Below are positions 56,315 to 64,000 of a stretch of 64,000 nt of DNA, in pieces. The translations under genes were made by a program, and so were the position numbers. The notes under the pieces are model-generated. The model made no database searches and was not told the origin of the DNA. It worked only from the letters and a program-made list of their open reading frames with translations. Source of the stretch: an uncultured Bacteroidota bacterium (GTDB lineage: Bacteria; Bacteroidota; Bacteroidia; Flavobacteriales; Flavobacteriaceae); NCBI GenBank assembly GCA_902618245.1, contig CACMZR010000001.1, forward strand, positions 213,507-277,506, in the 5' to 3' direction. Every line of letters begins with the position of its first letter. Within the stretch, counting starts at the first letter, position 1.

Positions 56315-57439
56315 ATGAAAATTTTAAAATACATAGGAATTTCCGTTTTAATAGCAGGTAGCTTATTTGCGGCGGCATTTTTTGTAAAAACAAACAACAA
56401 ATCTGCAATAACCTTTGAAACTGAGAAGATGTTTAAAACATCAATTGAAAAGAAAACTGTCGTTACTGGAAAAGTAATACCTGAGGATGAGGTAGAAATC
56501 ACACCACAAATACAAGGTATTATTGATGGAATTTATGTAGAGGAGGGAGATCAGGTGAATAATGGAGACCTACTAGCTAAAATTAAAGTAGTTCCAAACG
56601 AACAAAACTTAAACAGTGCAGAGGGAAGACTAGCAAATTCAAGAATTATCTTGAAAAATGCAAAAATTGAGTATGAAAGAAATAAAAGTTTATTCAAAAA
56701 TGGAATTATTTCAAAACAACAATTTGATAATGTTGAGTTGAATTACAACCAAGCTAAATTAGATGTCTCTAATTCAAAATCTGATTTACAAATAATAAGA
56801 TTAGGATCTAAAGGTGGTTCAGCATCTGCTAATACAAATATTAGGGCCACAGTAGCGGGAACTGTACTTGAGATTCCTGTTGAGAAAGGAGATCAAGTCA
56901 TTGCAAGTAATAGTTTTAATGCAGGAACTACTGTCGCAACTATTGCAGATTTAAACAAAATGATTTTTGAGGGAAAAGTTGATGAAGCGGAGGTTGGAAA
57001 ATTAGTAATTGGAATGCCACTTGAGGTAAATCTAGGTGCGGTTGAAGACAAATCTTTAAAAGCTAAATTAAAATTTATTGCTCCAAAAGGGAATGAAGAA
57101 CAGGGAGCAGTGCAATTCAAAATAGAAGCAGATTTATTTCTTAATGATTCAATTTTCGTACGTGCAGGATATAGTGCTAATGCTTCTTTAGTTCTAGAAC
57201 GAAAGGATAGTGTCATGGCTATATCAGAGTCATTATTACAATTTGATTCAAAAACAGAAGAGCCTTACGTGGAAATAGAAGTTGGTGATCAAAAGTTTGA
57301 AAGAAAGGATATCGAAATTGGTATCTCTGATGGAGTAAATGTTGAAATTATCACTGGGATTAGTGAAGACGATAAAATTAAAGTTTGGAATAAAACGGAG
57401 CCTTTAAAGAAAGATGGTAATCAAAATAGCTTTAAGTAG
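56315..57439 (+). CDS. Efflux periplasmic adaptor (HlyD/MacA membrane fusion protein family)
   Basis: 374 aa with an N-terminal anchor. It has a lipoyl-like hairpin (GKVIPEDEVEITPQIQGII and GDLLAKI), a coiled-coil segment and a beta-barrel C-terminus. Confidence 0.88.
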   Translation: MKILKYIGISVLIAGSLFAAAFFVKTNNKSAITFETEKMFKTSIEKKTVVTGKVIPEDEVEITPQIQGIIDGIYVEEGDQVNNGDLLAKIKVVPNEQNLNSAEGRLANSRIILKNAKIEYERNKSLFKNGIISKQQFDNVELNYNQAKLDVSNSKSDLQIIRLGSKGGSASANTNIRATVAGTVLEIPVEKGDQVIASNSFNAGTTVATIADLNKMIFEGKVDEAEVGKLVIGMPLEVNLGAVEDKSLKAKLKFIAPKGNEEQGAVQFKIEADLFLNDSIFVRAGYSANASLVLERKDSVMAISESLLQFDSKTEEPYVEIEVGDQKFERKDIEIGISDGVNVEIITGISEDDKIKVWNKTEPLKKDGNQNSFK

Positions 57440-57474
57440 AAATAAAAACTAATCAAATTTAAATCAATATTATC

Positions 57475-58890
57475 ATGAAAAATATTTTCAGCATTTTGAT
57501 GTTTTTAAACTTTCAATTTCTTTTTGCACAGTTAAAAACCTACACATTAGAAGAATGTGTATCAATAGCTCTTGAAAAGAATATAAGTATCCAACAATCG
57601 GAATTTGATTTAGATGGGGCTGACATTGATAGGTTAGATGCTATTGGCAGTTTTCTACCAAATATAAATGCTCAATCCCAACATATTTGGAACAATGGAT
57701 TAAGTCAAAATATTACAAACGGTCTTATTGAAAACTTGACTACTCAATTTTCTGCTTTTGGAGGAAATTTAGGAGTTACATTATTTAATGGTAAACAAAA
57801 TATAAATCAATTAGCTAGGGCTAATCTAAACATCATATCAAGACAATATCAGCTTGAAGACATGAAAGACGATGTTAGCCTTTTTGTTGCAAACTCTTAT
57901 TTACAAGTAATGTTTAACAAAGAGTTGGAAGAAGTTCAGCGTTATCAACTCGAATTGGCAAAACAGGAATTAGAAAGAACCCAACTTAGAATTGCTGCGG
58001 GAATTCAAACTCAAGCAGAAATTTATGAAATTGAAGCTAATCTGGCTTCACAAGAACAGGCCTTGGTTCAGTCGGAAAATACCACACGACTCTCATTAAT
58101 TAATCTAGCTCAGTCACTTTTAATTACAGATTATGAAAATTTTGATATAGCAGATGTAGATTATTCTATCCCTCTTTCACAGATTCTTTTAGAAAAACCT
58201 AAAAAAATTTTTGAAAAATCTTTGACCTTAAGAAATGATATAAAAGTAGCAGCAACCAATATTGAGATAGCAAAAAAAGATATTGATTTAGCTAAAGGTT
58301 CGTTATTACCTACAATTTCAGCATTTTATAATTACAATACACGTATATCTTATAGTGACCGATTTATTGAAACGGGAAACCTTATAGAAACTCCAATTGG
58401 AGTTGTAAAAGAAAATGGTTCACTTGTGATATCTCAGTTTCCTGAGCGAGAGCTAACGGGGCCTTTATCATTTACTGATCAGTTTCGTCAAAATGATGGG
58501 CATAGCTATGGACTTAACCTAAGTATTCCCTTATTTAATGGTCTTTCATTAAGGAATAATATTAAAAGAAGAAAACTGAATTTAAAAAGATCAGAAGTTC
58601 AATTCGAACAAACTAAGTTAGATTTAGAAAACACGATAAATCAAGCCTATAATAACGCAGAAGGGGCTTACAAGTTTTATCAGGCATCTGAAAAGACACT
58701 TAAAGCTAGAAAGGAAGCATATCTAATGGCTGAAAAACAATTTGAAGCGGGCGTTTTAAATTCATTTGATTTTATACAAATAAAACAACGATATGAAATT
58801 GCTTCATCTGATAATATTAGGGCAAAATATGACTATATCTTCAAGTTAAAAGTATTAGAATTTTATTTTGGAATTGAGATATCTGTCTAG
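57475..58890 (+). CDS. tolC: TolC-family outer-membrane efflux protein
   Basis: 471 aa with a signal peptide. It starts LEECVSIALEKNISIQQSEFD and has the duplicated OEP repeat architecture. Confidence 0.88.
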   Translation: MKNIFSILMFLNFQFLFAQLKTYTLEECVSIALEKNISIQQSEFDLDGADIDRLDAIGSFLPNINAQSQHIWNNGLSQNITNGLIENLTTQFSAFGGNLGVTLFNGKQNINQLARANLNIISRQYQLEDMKDDVSLFVANSYLQVMFNKELEEVQRYQLELAKQELERTQLRIAAGIQTQAEIYEIEANLASQEQALVQSENTTRLSLINLAQSLLITDYENFDIADVDYSIPLSQILLEKPKKIFEKSLTLRNDIKVAATNIEIAKKDIDLAKGSLLPTISAFYNYNTRISYSDRFIETGNLIETPIGVVKENGSLVISQFPERELTGPLSFTDQFRQNDGHSYGLNLSIPLFNGLSLRNNIKRRKLNLKRSEVQFEQTKLDLENTINQAYNNAEGAYKFYQASEKTLKARKEAYLMAEKQFEAGVLNSFDFIQIKQRYEIASSDNIRAKYDYIFKLKVLEFYFGIEISV

Positions 58891-58972
58891 TTATAAATTT
58901 TCCTAATTCAATTATTTAAATTTCTTTTACGATCAAATTCACTAAATTTATTTTTTATAAAACAACCAACTC

Positions 58973-59929
58973 GTGAATAAATACGTTAGCGAACATAAAG
59001 AAATTCCAGGTAATCCGTCCACTGCAAAAAGTAGTTCTAAAAAGCTTAACGATCGTCAAAATATAAGTCCTTTAAGAGTTTTGACTGAAAAACAATGGTC
59101 TTTTTGGGTTCAAAAAGGATACATAGTGATTAAAAATGCAATCCCAAAAAAACAAGCTGAAGACACAGCTAATTTCTTATGGAAATTTGAAGAGAAAAAT
59201 CCAAAAGACGTTTCCACTTGGTACAGTGAACCCAGAGCCGAAATGCAAATGAAAGAGCTTGCAGGAACAGGTATGGTCGAGGTATATAATAACCAGTATT
59301 TATGGGATAATCGTCAGACTCAAAAAGTTTATGATGCTTTTGTTGATATTTGGGGAACCGAAAAGTTGTGGGTTACAATTGACAGAGCAAATTTAAATTT
59401 TCCTATAAGGAAGGGCTTTGAGTACAAGGGATTCATTCATTGGGATTATGATCCAGAAACTAAGCCTCAAAATGTCCAAGGTGTAATCGCATTGTCAGAT
59501 CAAACTGACGTAAATATGGGAGGATTTCAGTGCATACCATGGTTATTTCAAAACTATGATTCATGGAAATTATCACAACCAGAGGATAGAAATCGCTTTC
59601 AACCTGATATTTCAGGTATTGAAAATAAAATTGAGAGGGTAGCAATGGAAGCAGGGGATTTACTTATTTTTAATAGTCTCCTACCACACGGAATACGTCC
59701 TAATCTCTCAAAAGATAAAGTCCGTATTGCCCAATACATATCGATGATGCCTGCGGAGGAAGACAACAGACTTCTTAAGCAATGGAGGATTAACTCTTGG
59801 AAAAATAGAATAGCACCAAAAGGATATGCTTTTCCTGGAGACCCAAGAAATTGGGAGCAAAAAAAGTATGGAACCGCAAAATTATCGTCTTTAGGAGAAA
59901 AACTTTTGGGGAAAACTTCATGGAACTAA
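58973..59929 (+). CDS. Phytanoyl-CoA dioxygenase (PhyH) family Fe(II)/2-oxoglutarate oxygenase
   Basis: 318 aa. It carries LTEKQWSFWVQKGYIVIKNAIP, an HxD in FIHWDYD and a distal His in LLPHGIRPN. The GTG start is uncertain. Confidence 0.7.
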   Translation: MNKYVSEHKEIPGNPSTAKSSSKKLNDRQNISPLRVLTEKQWSFWVQKGYIVIKNAIPKKQAEDTANFLWKFEEKNPKDVSTWYSEPRAEMQMKELAGTGMVEVYNNQYLWDNRQTQKVYDAFVDIWGTEKLWVTIDRANLNFPIRKGFEYKGFIHWDYDPETKPQNVQGVIALSDQTDVNMGGFQCIPWLFQNYDSWKLSQPEDRNRFQPDISGIENKIERVAMEAGDLLIFNSLLPHGIRPNLSKDKVRIAQYISMMPAEEDNRLLKQWRINSWKNRIAPKGYAFPGDPRNWEQKKYGTAKLSSLGEKLLGKTSWN

Positions 59930-59935
59930 CTTAAG

Positions 59936-60730
59936 ATGGATTTTAAATTAAAAGGCAAAAAAGCCTTTATTTCGGGCTCAACATCAGGAATAGGTTTAGA
60001 AACTGCAAGAATTCTATTAAATGAAGGTATGACTGTTTATATAAATGGTAGGAGTGAAAAGACTGTTAAGAAAGCAGTAGAATATTTAAAAAATGAAATT
60101 AAGGGATCAGATGTAAAGGGTATTGTAGCTGACTTTCTCAAACAAGCACAGGTAAAGAATCTTCTGAGTTCTTTACGAGATGTCGATGTCCTTATAAATA
60201 ATGTAGGGGTATATTCTTCGACATCATTTTTTAATATTCCAAAAAAAACTTGGTATGACCAATTCCAAGTTAATGTTATGAGTGGAGTAACCTTGACTAA
60301 ACATTTTTTAGAAGGTATGATCGCAAGAAATTGGGGAAGAGTTATATTTATTTCAAGTGAATGTGTTTATTTGGCTCCTATAGATTTAATTTCATATAGT
60401 TCTACAAAAGCAGCTTTGCACTCTCTTTCAAGAGGTATAGCTCAACTTTCTAAAGGGTCAAATGTAACTTCTAATGTAGTTGTTCCAGGATCTACTTTAA
60501 GTGATGGAGCAAAAAACTATTTAGAAATTAAATCTGAATTAGAAAATGTAACTAAAAATCAAGTTGAAAAGAATTTTTTTAAAGATGAAAGAAAGACCTC
60601 TTTGACACAAAGATTTGCTTCAACAAGTGAGGTAGCAGCGACGATAGCCTACCTTTGCAGTCACCATTCCTCGTCTTCTAATGGAAGTGTTGTTAGGGTT
60701 GATGGAGGTAGTTCTTTGGGAACATTTTAA
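59936..60730 (+). CDS. Short-chain dehydrogenase/reductase (SDR)
   Basis: It carries the cofactor motif ISGSTSGIGLETA, NNVG and the catalytic YSSTKAAL (YxxxK). Confidence 0.9.
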   Translation: MDFKLKGKKAFISGSTSGIGLETARILLNEGMTVYINGRSEKTVKKAVEYLKNEIKGSDVKGIVADFLKQAQVKNLLSSLRDVDVLINNVGVYSSTSFFNIPKKTWYDQFQVNVMSGVTLTKHFLEGMIARNWGRVIFISSECVYLAPIDLISYSSTKAALHSLSRGIAQLSKGSNVTSNVVVPGSTLSDGAKNYLEIKSELENVTKNQVEKNFFKDERKTSLTQRFASTSEVAATIAYLCSHHSSSSNGSVVRVDGGSSLGTF

Positions 60731-60736
60731 TATTCT

Positions 60737-61417
60737 ATGTCTTACATTCTACATATAGAAACATCAACAATTCAATGTTCAGTTTCAATAGCATTCAAAG
60801 GAGAGTATATAGCTGGTAAACAATTGCTAGTAAATGAATTTATCCATGGAAAAAAACTTCATATTTTTATAAAAGATATACTTGAAAAAACAAAAATCAA
60901 AGCAACTGATCTTAATGCAGTCGCTGTAAGTAAAGGTCCAGGTTCTTATACTGGACTAAGAATTGGTGTGGCTGCTGCTAAGGGAATTTGCTTTGCACAA
61001 GACATACCACTTATAGGTGTAAATACTCTTGAAATTATGGTAGCTCCTTTTTTTAATAAAAATGAATACGATTACTTGATTCCTATGTTAGATGCCAGAA
61101 GGATGGAAGTATATTCTGCTATATTTGATACTAAAAAAAGGTATATTCAAAAAACAAATGCTTTTGTACTATCGGAAAATAGTTTTTTCGATAAGGTTGA
61201 AAATGGATCATGCTTAGTAATTGGAAATGGAGCATCAAAATTTAAAACCCTAAAACCAAAAATAAATGCACATTATAATGAAGAACACTTTCCGTCTGCA
61301 ATAGACATGTGTGATATTTGCTGGAATCACTATAAAGACAGGAACTTTGAAAATTTAGCACTTTTTGAGCCCTATTACCTTAAAGACTTTCAGACACAGA
61401 ACCCTAAGAAAAAATAA
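60737..61417 (+). CDS. tsaB: tRNA N6-threonylcarbamoyladenosine biosynthesis protein TsaB
   Basis: 226 aa. It carries ILHIETSTIQCSVSI and VSKGPGSYTGLRIGVAAAKG. Confidence 0.88.
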   Translation: MSYILHIETSTIQCSVSIAFKGEYIAGKQLLVNEFIHGKKLHIFIKDILEKTKIKATDLNAVAVSKGPGSYTGLRIGVAAAKGICFAQDIPLIGVNTLEIMVAPFFNKNEYDYLIPMLDARRMEVYSAIFDTKKRYIQKTNAFVLSENSFFDKVENGSCLVIGNGASKFKTLKPKINAHYNEEHFPSAIDMCDICWNHYKDRNFENLALFEPYYLKDFQTQNPKKK

Positions 61418-61420
61418 GTA

Positions 61421-62296
61421 TTAGCCATTTAATGCTACAACATTTTCTATTTTGCCGGGCATCATTTCTTTAAGCATTGTTTCGATACCGTTTTTCAGTG
61501 TTAATGTTGAAGATGGACACCCACTGCACGCACCTTGAAGAATAACTCTTACAGATTTTTCATTGGAATCATAAGAATCGAACTCTATATTTCCACCATC
61601 AGACGCAACAGCTGGTTGAATATATTCATTTAGAATTGAAATGATTTGCTTTTCCAAGGCATTTAGATTTTTAAGATCAGACTCATTTTTTATATGTCTT
61701 TTAAGTTCTTTTGATTCTTCAATGACGGTATTCCCTTCCTCTATAAAAGAACGCACAAATTCTCTAATTTCCATTACAACTTCATCCCATGAATTAATTT
61801 CATATTTAGTAATCGATATATAGTTAGAATTTATAAAGATTTCTTTGATAAATGGAAAATGAAAAAGCTTCTGAGCTAAAGGAGATATTTTGGCTTCATC
61901 AATATTTTTAAACTCAAAACTCTTAGATACCAGAGATTTATTAGCAACAAATTTCATTACAGATGGATTAGGCGTGCTCTCTGCGTACACGGTAGTTGGA
62001 ATTTTTTCAATTATGGATCCTCCATTATTTAAATAACTTTCTAACTGCTGACAAACTTCATCAGCAACTTCTTCCCATTCTAGAATATTGAAACGTTCAA
62101 CTATTAGACACTTTTCTTCAAGAAGTACTGATTTAACAAAAGGCAGAAAGAAAAGCTGTTGAATTAAAGGAGCACCTTTCGCGTCATCAACATTTTTATA
62201 AAATTGAGATTTCTTATATCCAATTATATGATTAAACAAAAATTGAGCCTTATCATCTCCTTTTTTTATGTTTGCGGTTATTTTGTATTTTTTCAC
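61421..62296 (-). CDS. NifU/Nfu-type Fe-S scaffold protein with a duplicated Nfu_N-like domain
   Basis: The C-terminal NifU domain has LQGACSGCPSSTLTLKNGIE. Two N-terminal repeats are visible: PLIQQLFFLPFVKSVLLEEKCLIVERFNILEWEEV and PLAQKLFHFPFIKEIFINSNYISITKYEINSWDEV. Confidence 0.8.
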   Translation of the reverse strand: MKKYKITANIKKGDDKAQFLFNHIIGYKKSQFYKNVDDAKGAPLIQQLFFLPFVKSVLLEEKCLIVERFNILEWEEVADEVCQQLESYLNNGGSIIEKIPTTVYAESTPNPSVMKFVANKSLVSKSFEFKNIDEAKISPLAQKLFHFPFIKEIFINSNYISITKYEINSWDEVVMEIREFVRSFIEEGNTVIEESKELKRHIKNESDLKNLNALEKQIISILNEYIQPAVASDGGNIEFDSYDSNEKSVRVILQGACSGCPSSTLTLKNGIETMLKEMMPGKIENVVALNG

Positions 62297-62403
62297 AGTC
62301 TGGATTTATTGATTATAAAAATAATTAATGCTTAAGAAAAATTTGAAAAAGTTGACACTTAATTTGAAAATAATCTTTTTGTATTTTGCAACAAACAAAT
62401 ATT

Positions 62404-62916
62404 GTGCTTATAAAATCTGTTAGAGGTTACAACCCCACATTTGGTAAAGATTGCTATTTTGCTGAGAATTCTACAATTATTGGAGATGTAATTATTGGTG
62501 ACCAAGTTTCTGTATGGTTCCAAGCTGTTATTAGAGGTGATGTCAACTCTATTCGCATTGGAAATAAGGTTAATATCCAAGATGGTGTCATAATTCATGG
62601 TACATATAAAAAGGCTTCTACTAATATTGGAGATAATGTATCAATTGGCCACAATGCTATTATTCATGGATGTAAATTACATGACAATGTGCTTATTGGT
62701 ATGGGTAGCATTATAATGGATGATTGTGTGATTCATAGTAATAGCATAATTGCTGCAGGATCAGTAATGACAAAAAATACAATAGTACCTTCAGGATCAA
62801 TCTTTGCTGGTATTCCTGCGAGAAAAATTAAAGAGATAGATCAAAACCTTCAGAAAAACGAAGTTGAAAGAATCGCCGAGAATTATCTTTTTTACGCAAA
62901 TTGGTACAAAAAATAA
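62404..62916 (+). CDS. Gamma-class carbonic anhydrase family / hexapeptide-repeat protein
   Basis: It carries left-handed beta-helix repeats and IKSVRGYNPTFGKDCYFAENSTIIGDV, IRGD, IQDGVIIHG and IGHNAIIHGC. The ORF track starts at the TTG at 62386. I prefer the in-frame GTG at 62404, which gives the usual MxIKS N-terminus. Confidence 0.8.
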   Translation: MLIKSVRGYNPTFGKDCYFAENSTIIGDVIIGDQVSVWFQAVIRGDVNSIRIGNKVNIQDGVIIHGTYKKASTNIGDNVSIGHNAIIHGCKLHDNVLIGMGSIIMDDCVIHSNSIIAAGSVMTKNTIVPSGSIFAGIPARKIKEIDQNLQKNEVERIAENYLFYANWYKK

Positions 62917-62966
62917 AAGCCACAATTATAGTGGCTCCAAGTTTATTTGAAAAACATGTAACTTAT

Positions 62967-63473
62967 TTAGAAACCTAAATCAGATTTAACTTCTGCCATT
63001 AAGTCTTTACCAGTAGCCATTATTACACTTCCTCCGGGACTAGAATCTAAAACATAATCAAAACCTTGTGCAGCGGCTACTTTTTCTATTGATGTACGAG
63101 CTTTTTCATAGAGAGGACGCATCATTTCTGAAGAACGTTTTTGAAGCTCTTGTGCAGCTGTTTCGCGGAATTCTTGAATTCTTTTCTGCATTTCTTGTAA
63201 TTCGACTTGTCTTTGCTGGTTAATTAATTCCGTCTGGTTTTCGGCATCTCCTTGATAACTTTGGGCTTTTGTTTGGAATTCTTTAGCAGATGTTTCTAAT
63301 TCTTTGGCATATTGATCTTCTAGTTTTTTCAATTCATTCTGAGCTGCAATAACTTCTGGCATTTCACTTATTAATTGCTGAGTATTTATGTGAGCAACTT
63401 TTGATTGAGCACTAATATTTAATGGAAAAGCTATTAATAATAAACTAACAATTAGGGTATTTAGGTGTTTCAT
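62967..63473 (-). CDS. skp: OmpH/Skp periplasmic chaperone
   Basis: It has a signal peptide (MKHLNTLIVSLLLIAFPLNISAQ), then VAHINTQQLI and a long Q/E-rich coiled coil. I moved the start to the ATG at 63473. Confidence 0.85.
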   Translation of the reverse strand: MKHLNTLIVSLLLIAFPLNISAQSKVAHINTQQLISEMPEVIAAQNELKKLEDQYAKELETSAKEFQTKAQSYQGDAENQTELINQQRQVELQEMQKRIQEFRETAAQELQKRSSEMMRPLYEKARTSIEKVAAAQGFDYVLDSSPGGSVIMATGKDLMAEVKSDLGF

Positions 63474-63486
63474 AATTATCAAATTT

Positions 63487-64000
63487 TTAATTATTTAAGG
63501 AACTTGATTTAGATTTTAATTTTTCTATTTGATCCTTTCTATTTTGAATGCGTTGTTGTCTATTAATTCTTTTAATTACTAGATCACTAATATCGTAATT
63601 TTTTGCGGAATATAACATGGTTAAGCTCGAAGATCGATCAAAAATAAAATCGTATTTTTTTTCTTCAGCAATTTGTTTGACAACTGATAGAACCTGATCC
63701 TGTAAGGGTTGGATTAATTTTGACCTCTGGACTATCATGTCTCCCTTTGGACCAAAACGTTTTTCCTGCAAGGATATGATTTCTGAGGCAAAAATTTGGA
63801 TCTCCACTTCTCTGTCTTTAATGAGTTCGGGGGTTAGAAGTATTCTTTCAATATTAAGCTGTTCCTCATACTGCCTTAATTGAACTTTTTTTAATTCAAT
63901 TTCTTTCTTCCAATTTTCTATATTTTTATCAAGTAAATCATTTGCTTTATTATATTCTGATATATTTTCAAGAATTACATTCATATCCATATATCCAACT
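63487..64000 (-). CDS. OmpH/Skp-family periplasmic chaperone, probably 5'-truncated by the window edge
   Basis: It has a coiled-coil Q/E/K-rich sequence with KKYDFIFDRSS. The frame stays open upstream of the ATG at 63990 to the end of the window. It is in tandem with the second skp gene. Confidence 0.7.
   Translation of the reverse strand, partial: VGYMDMNVILENISEYNKANDLLDKNIENWKKEIELKKVQLRQYEEQLNIERILLTPELIKDREVEIQIFASEIISLQEKRFGPKGDMIVQRSKLIQPLQDQVLSVVKQIAEEKKYDFIFDRSSSLTMLYSAKNYDISDLVIKRINRQQRIQNRKDQIEKLKSKSSSLNN

Noticed and set aside
62918-62936. Hairpin AGCCAC-AATTATA-GTGGCT between the convergent gamma-CA and skp genes, considered as a bidirectional terminator.
   Set aside because: It has only a 6-bp stem and poor flanking T/A tracts. 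It is plausible but below the level I am willing to list as a feature.
1-64000. Searched by eye for CRISPR arrays, tRNA/rRNA genes, IS elements, integrases, toxin-antitoxin pairs, restriction-modification or other defence-type gene pairs, and long direct or tandem repeats.
   Set aside because: None was found. The longest non-coding gaps (24862-25098, 6440-6611, 52966-53107, 11454-11592) are A/T-rich promoter-like DNA with no tRNA-like or repeat-spacer structure. Every long ORF has a housekeeping-type or transport-type assignment.

Overview
The window is an AT-rich, very gene-dense (>90% coding) chromosomal segment that looks like a marine member of class Flavobacteriia (Bacteroidota). Supporting signs are SprA/T9SS, a SusC/SusD pair, an alternative complex III (ACIII) operon, recurring TAnnTTTG promoter motifs and no Shine-Dalgarno sequences. 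I saw no rRNA, tRNA, CRISPR, transposase, integrase or phage genes.

Most content is housekeeping:
- rimP-nusA-infB
- A complete ACIII operon (actABCDEF) fused to aa3-type cytochrome oxidase subunits II and I
- ruvB, queG, maeB-ruvA-sprA, gcvH and a TonB-like gene
- A second respiratory cluster: ctaB, two subunit III genes, subunit IV, an SCO pair, DUF420 and a mini-ORF
- A MacB-type ABC/HlyD/TolC efflux operon
- PhyH plus SDR, tsaB, a NifU-like gene, gamma carbonic anhydrase and two Skp/OmpH genes

The best candidates for undescribed biology are:
1. A CAZyme-less, regulator-less SusC/SusD locus (25.1-36.3 kb). It carries a double FG-GAP/UnbV-ASPIC lipoprotein, a PAP2/vanadium-haloperoxidase-like lipoprotein and an SLC45-type MFS transporter.
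2. An orphan ChlI-like AAA+/vWA pair with non-canonical Walker motifs.
3. A terminator-like hairpin in the rimP-nusA-infB leader.
4. A cysteine-free SCO1 paralogue and a CxxC mini-protein in the oxidase assembly cluster.

All calls rest on reading the supplied translations and the DNA by eye. No searches were run. Family assignments are motif- and memory-based and should be confirmed with HMM or BLAST.
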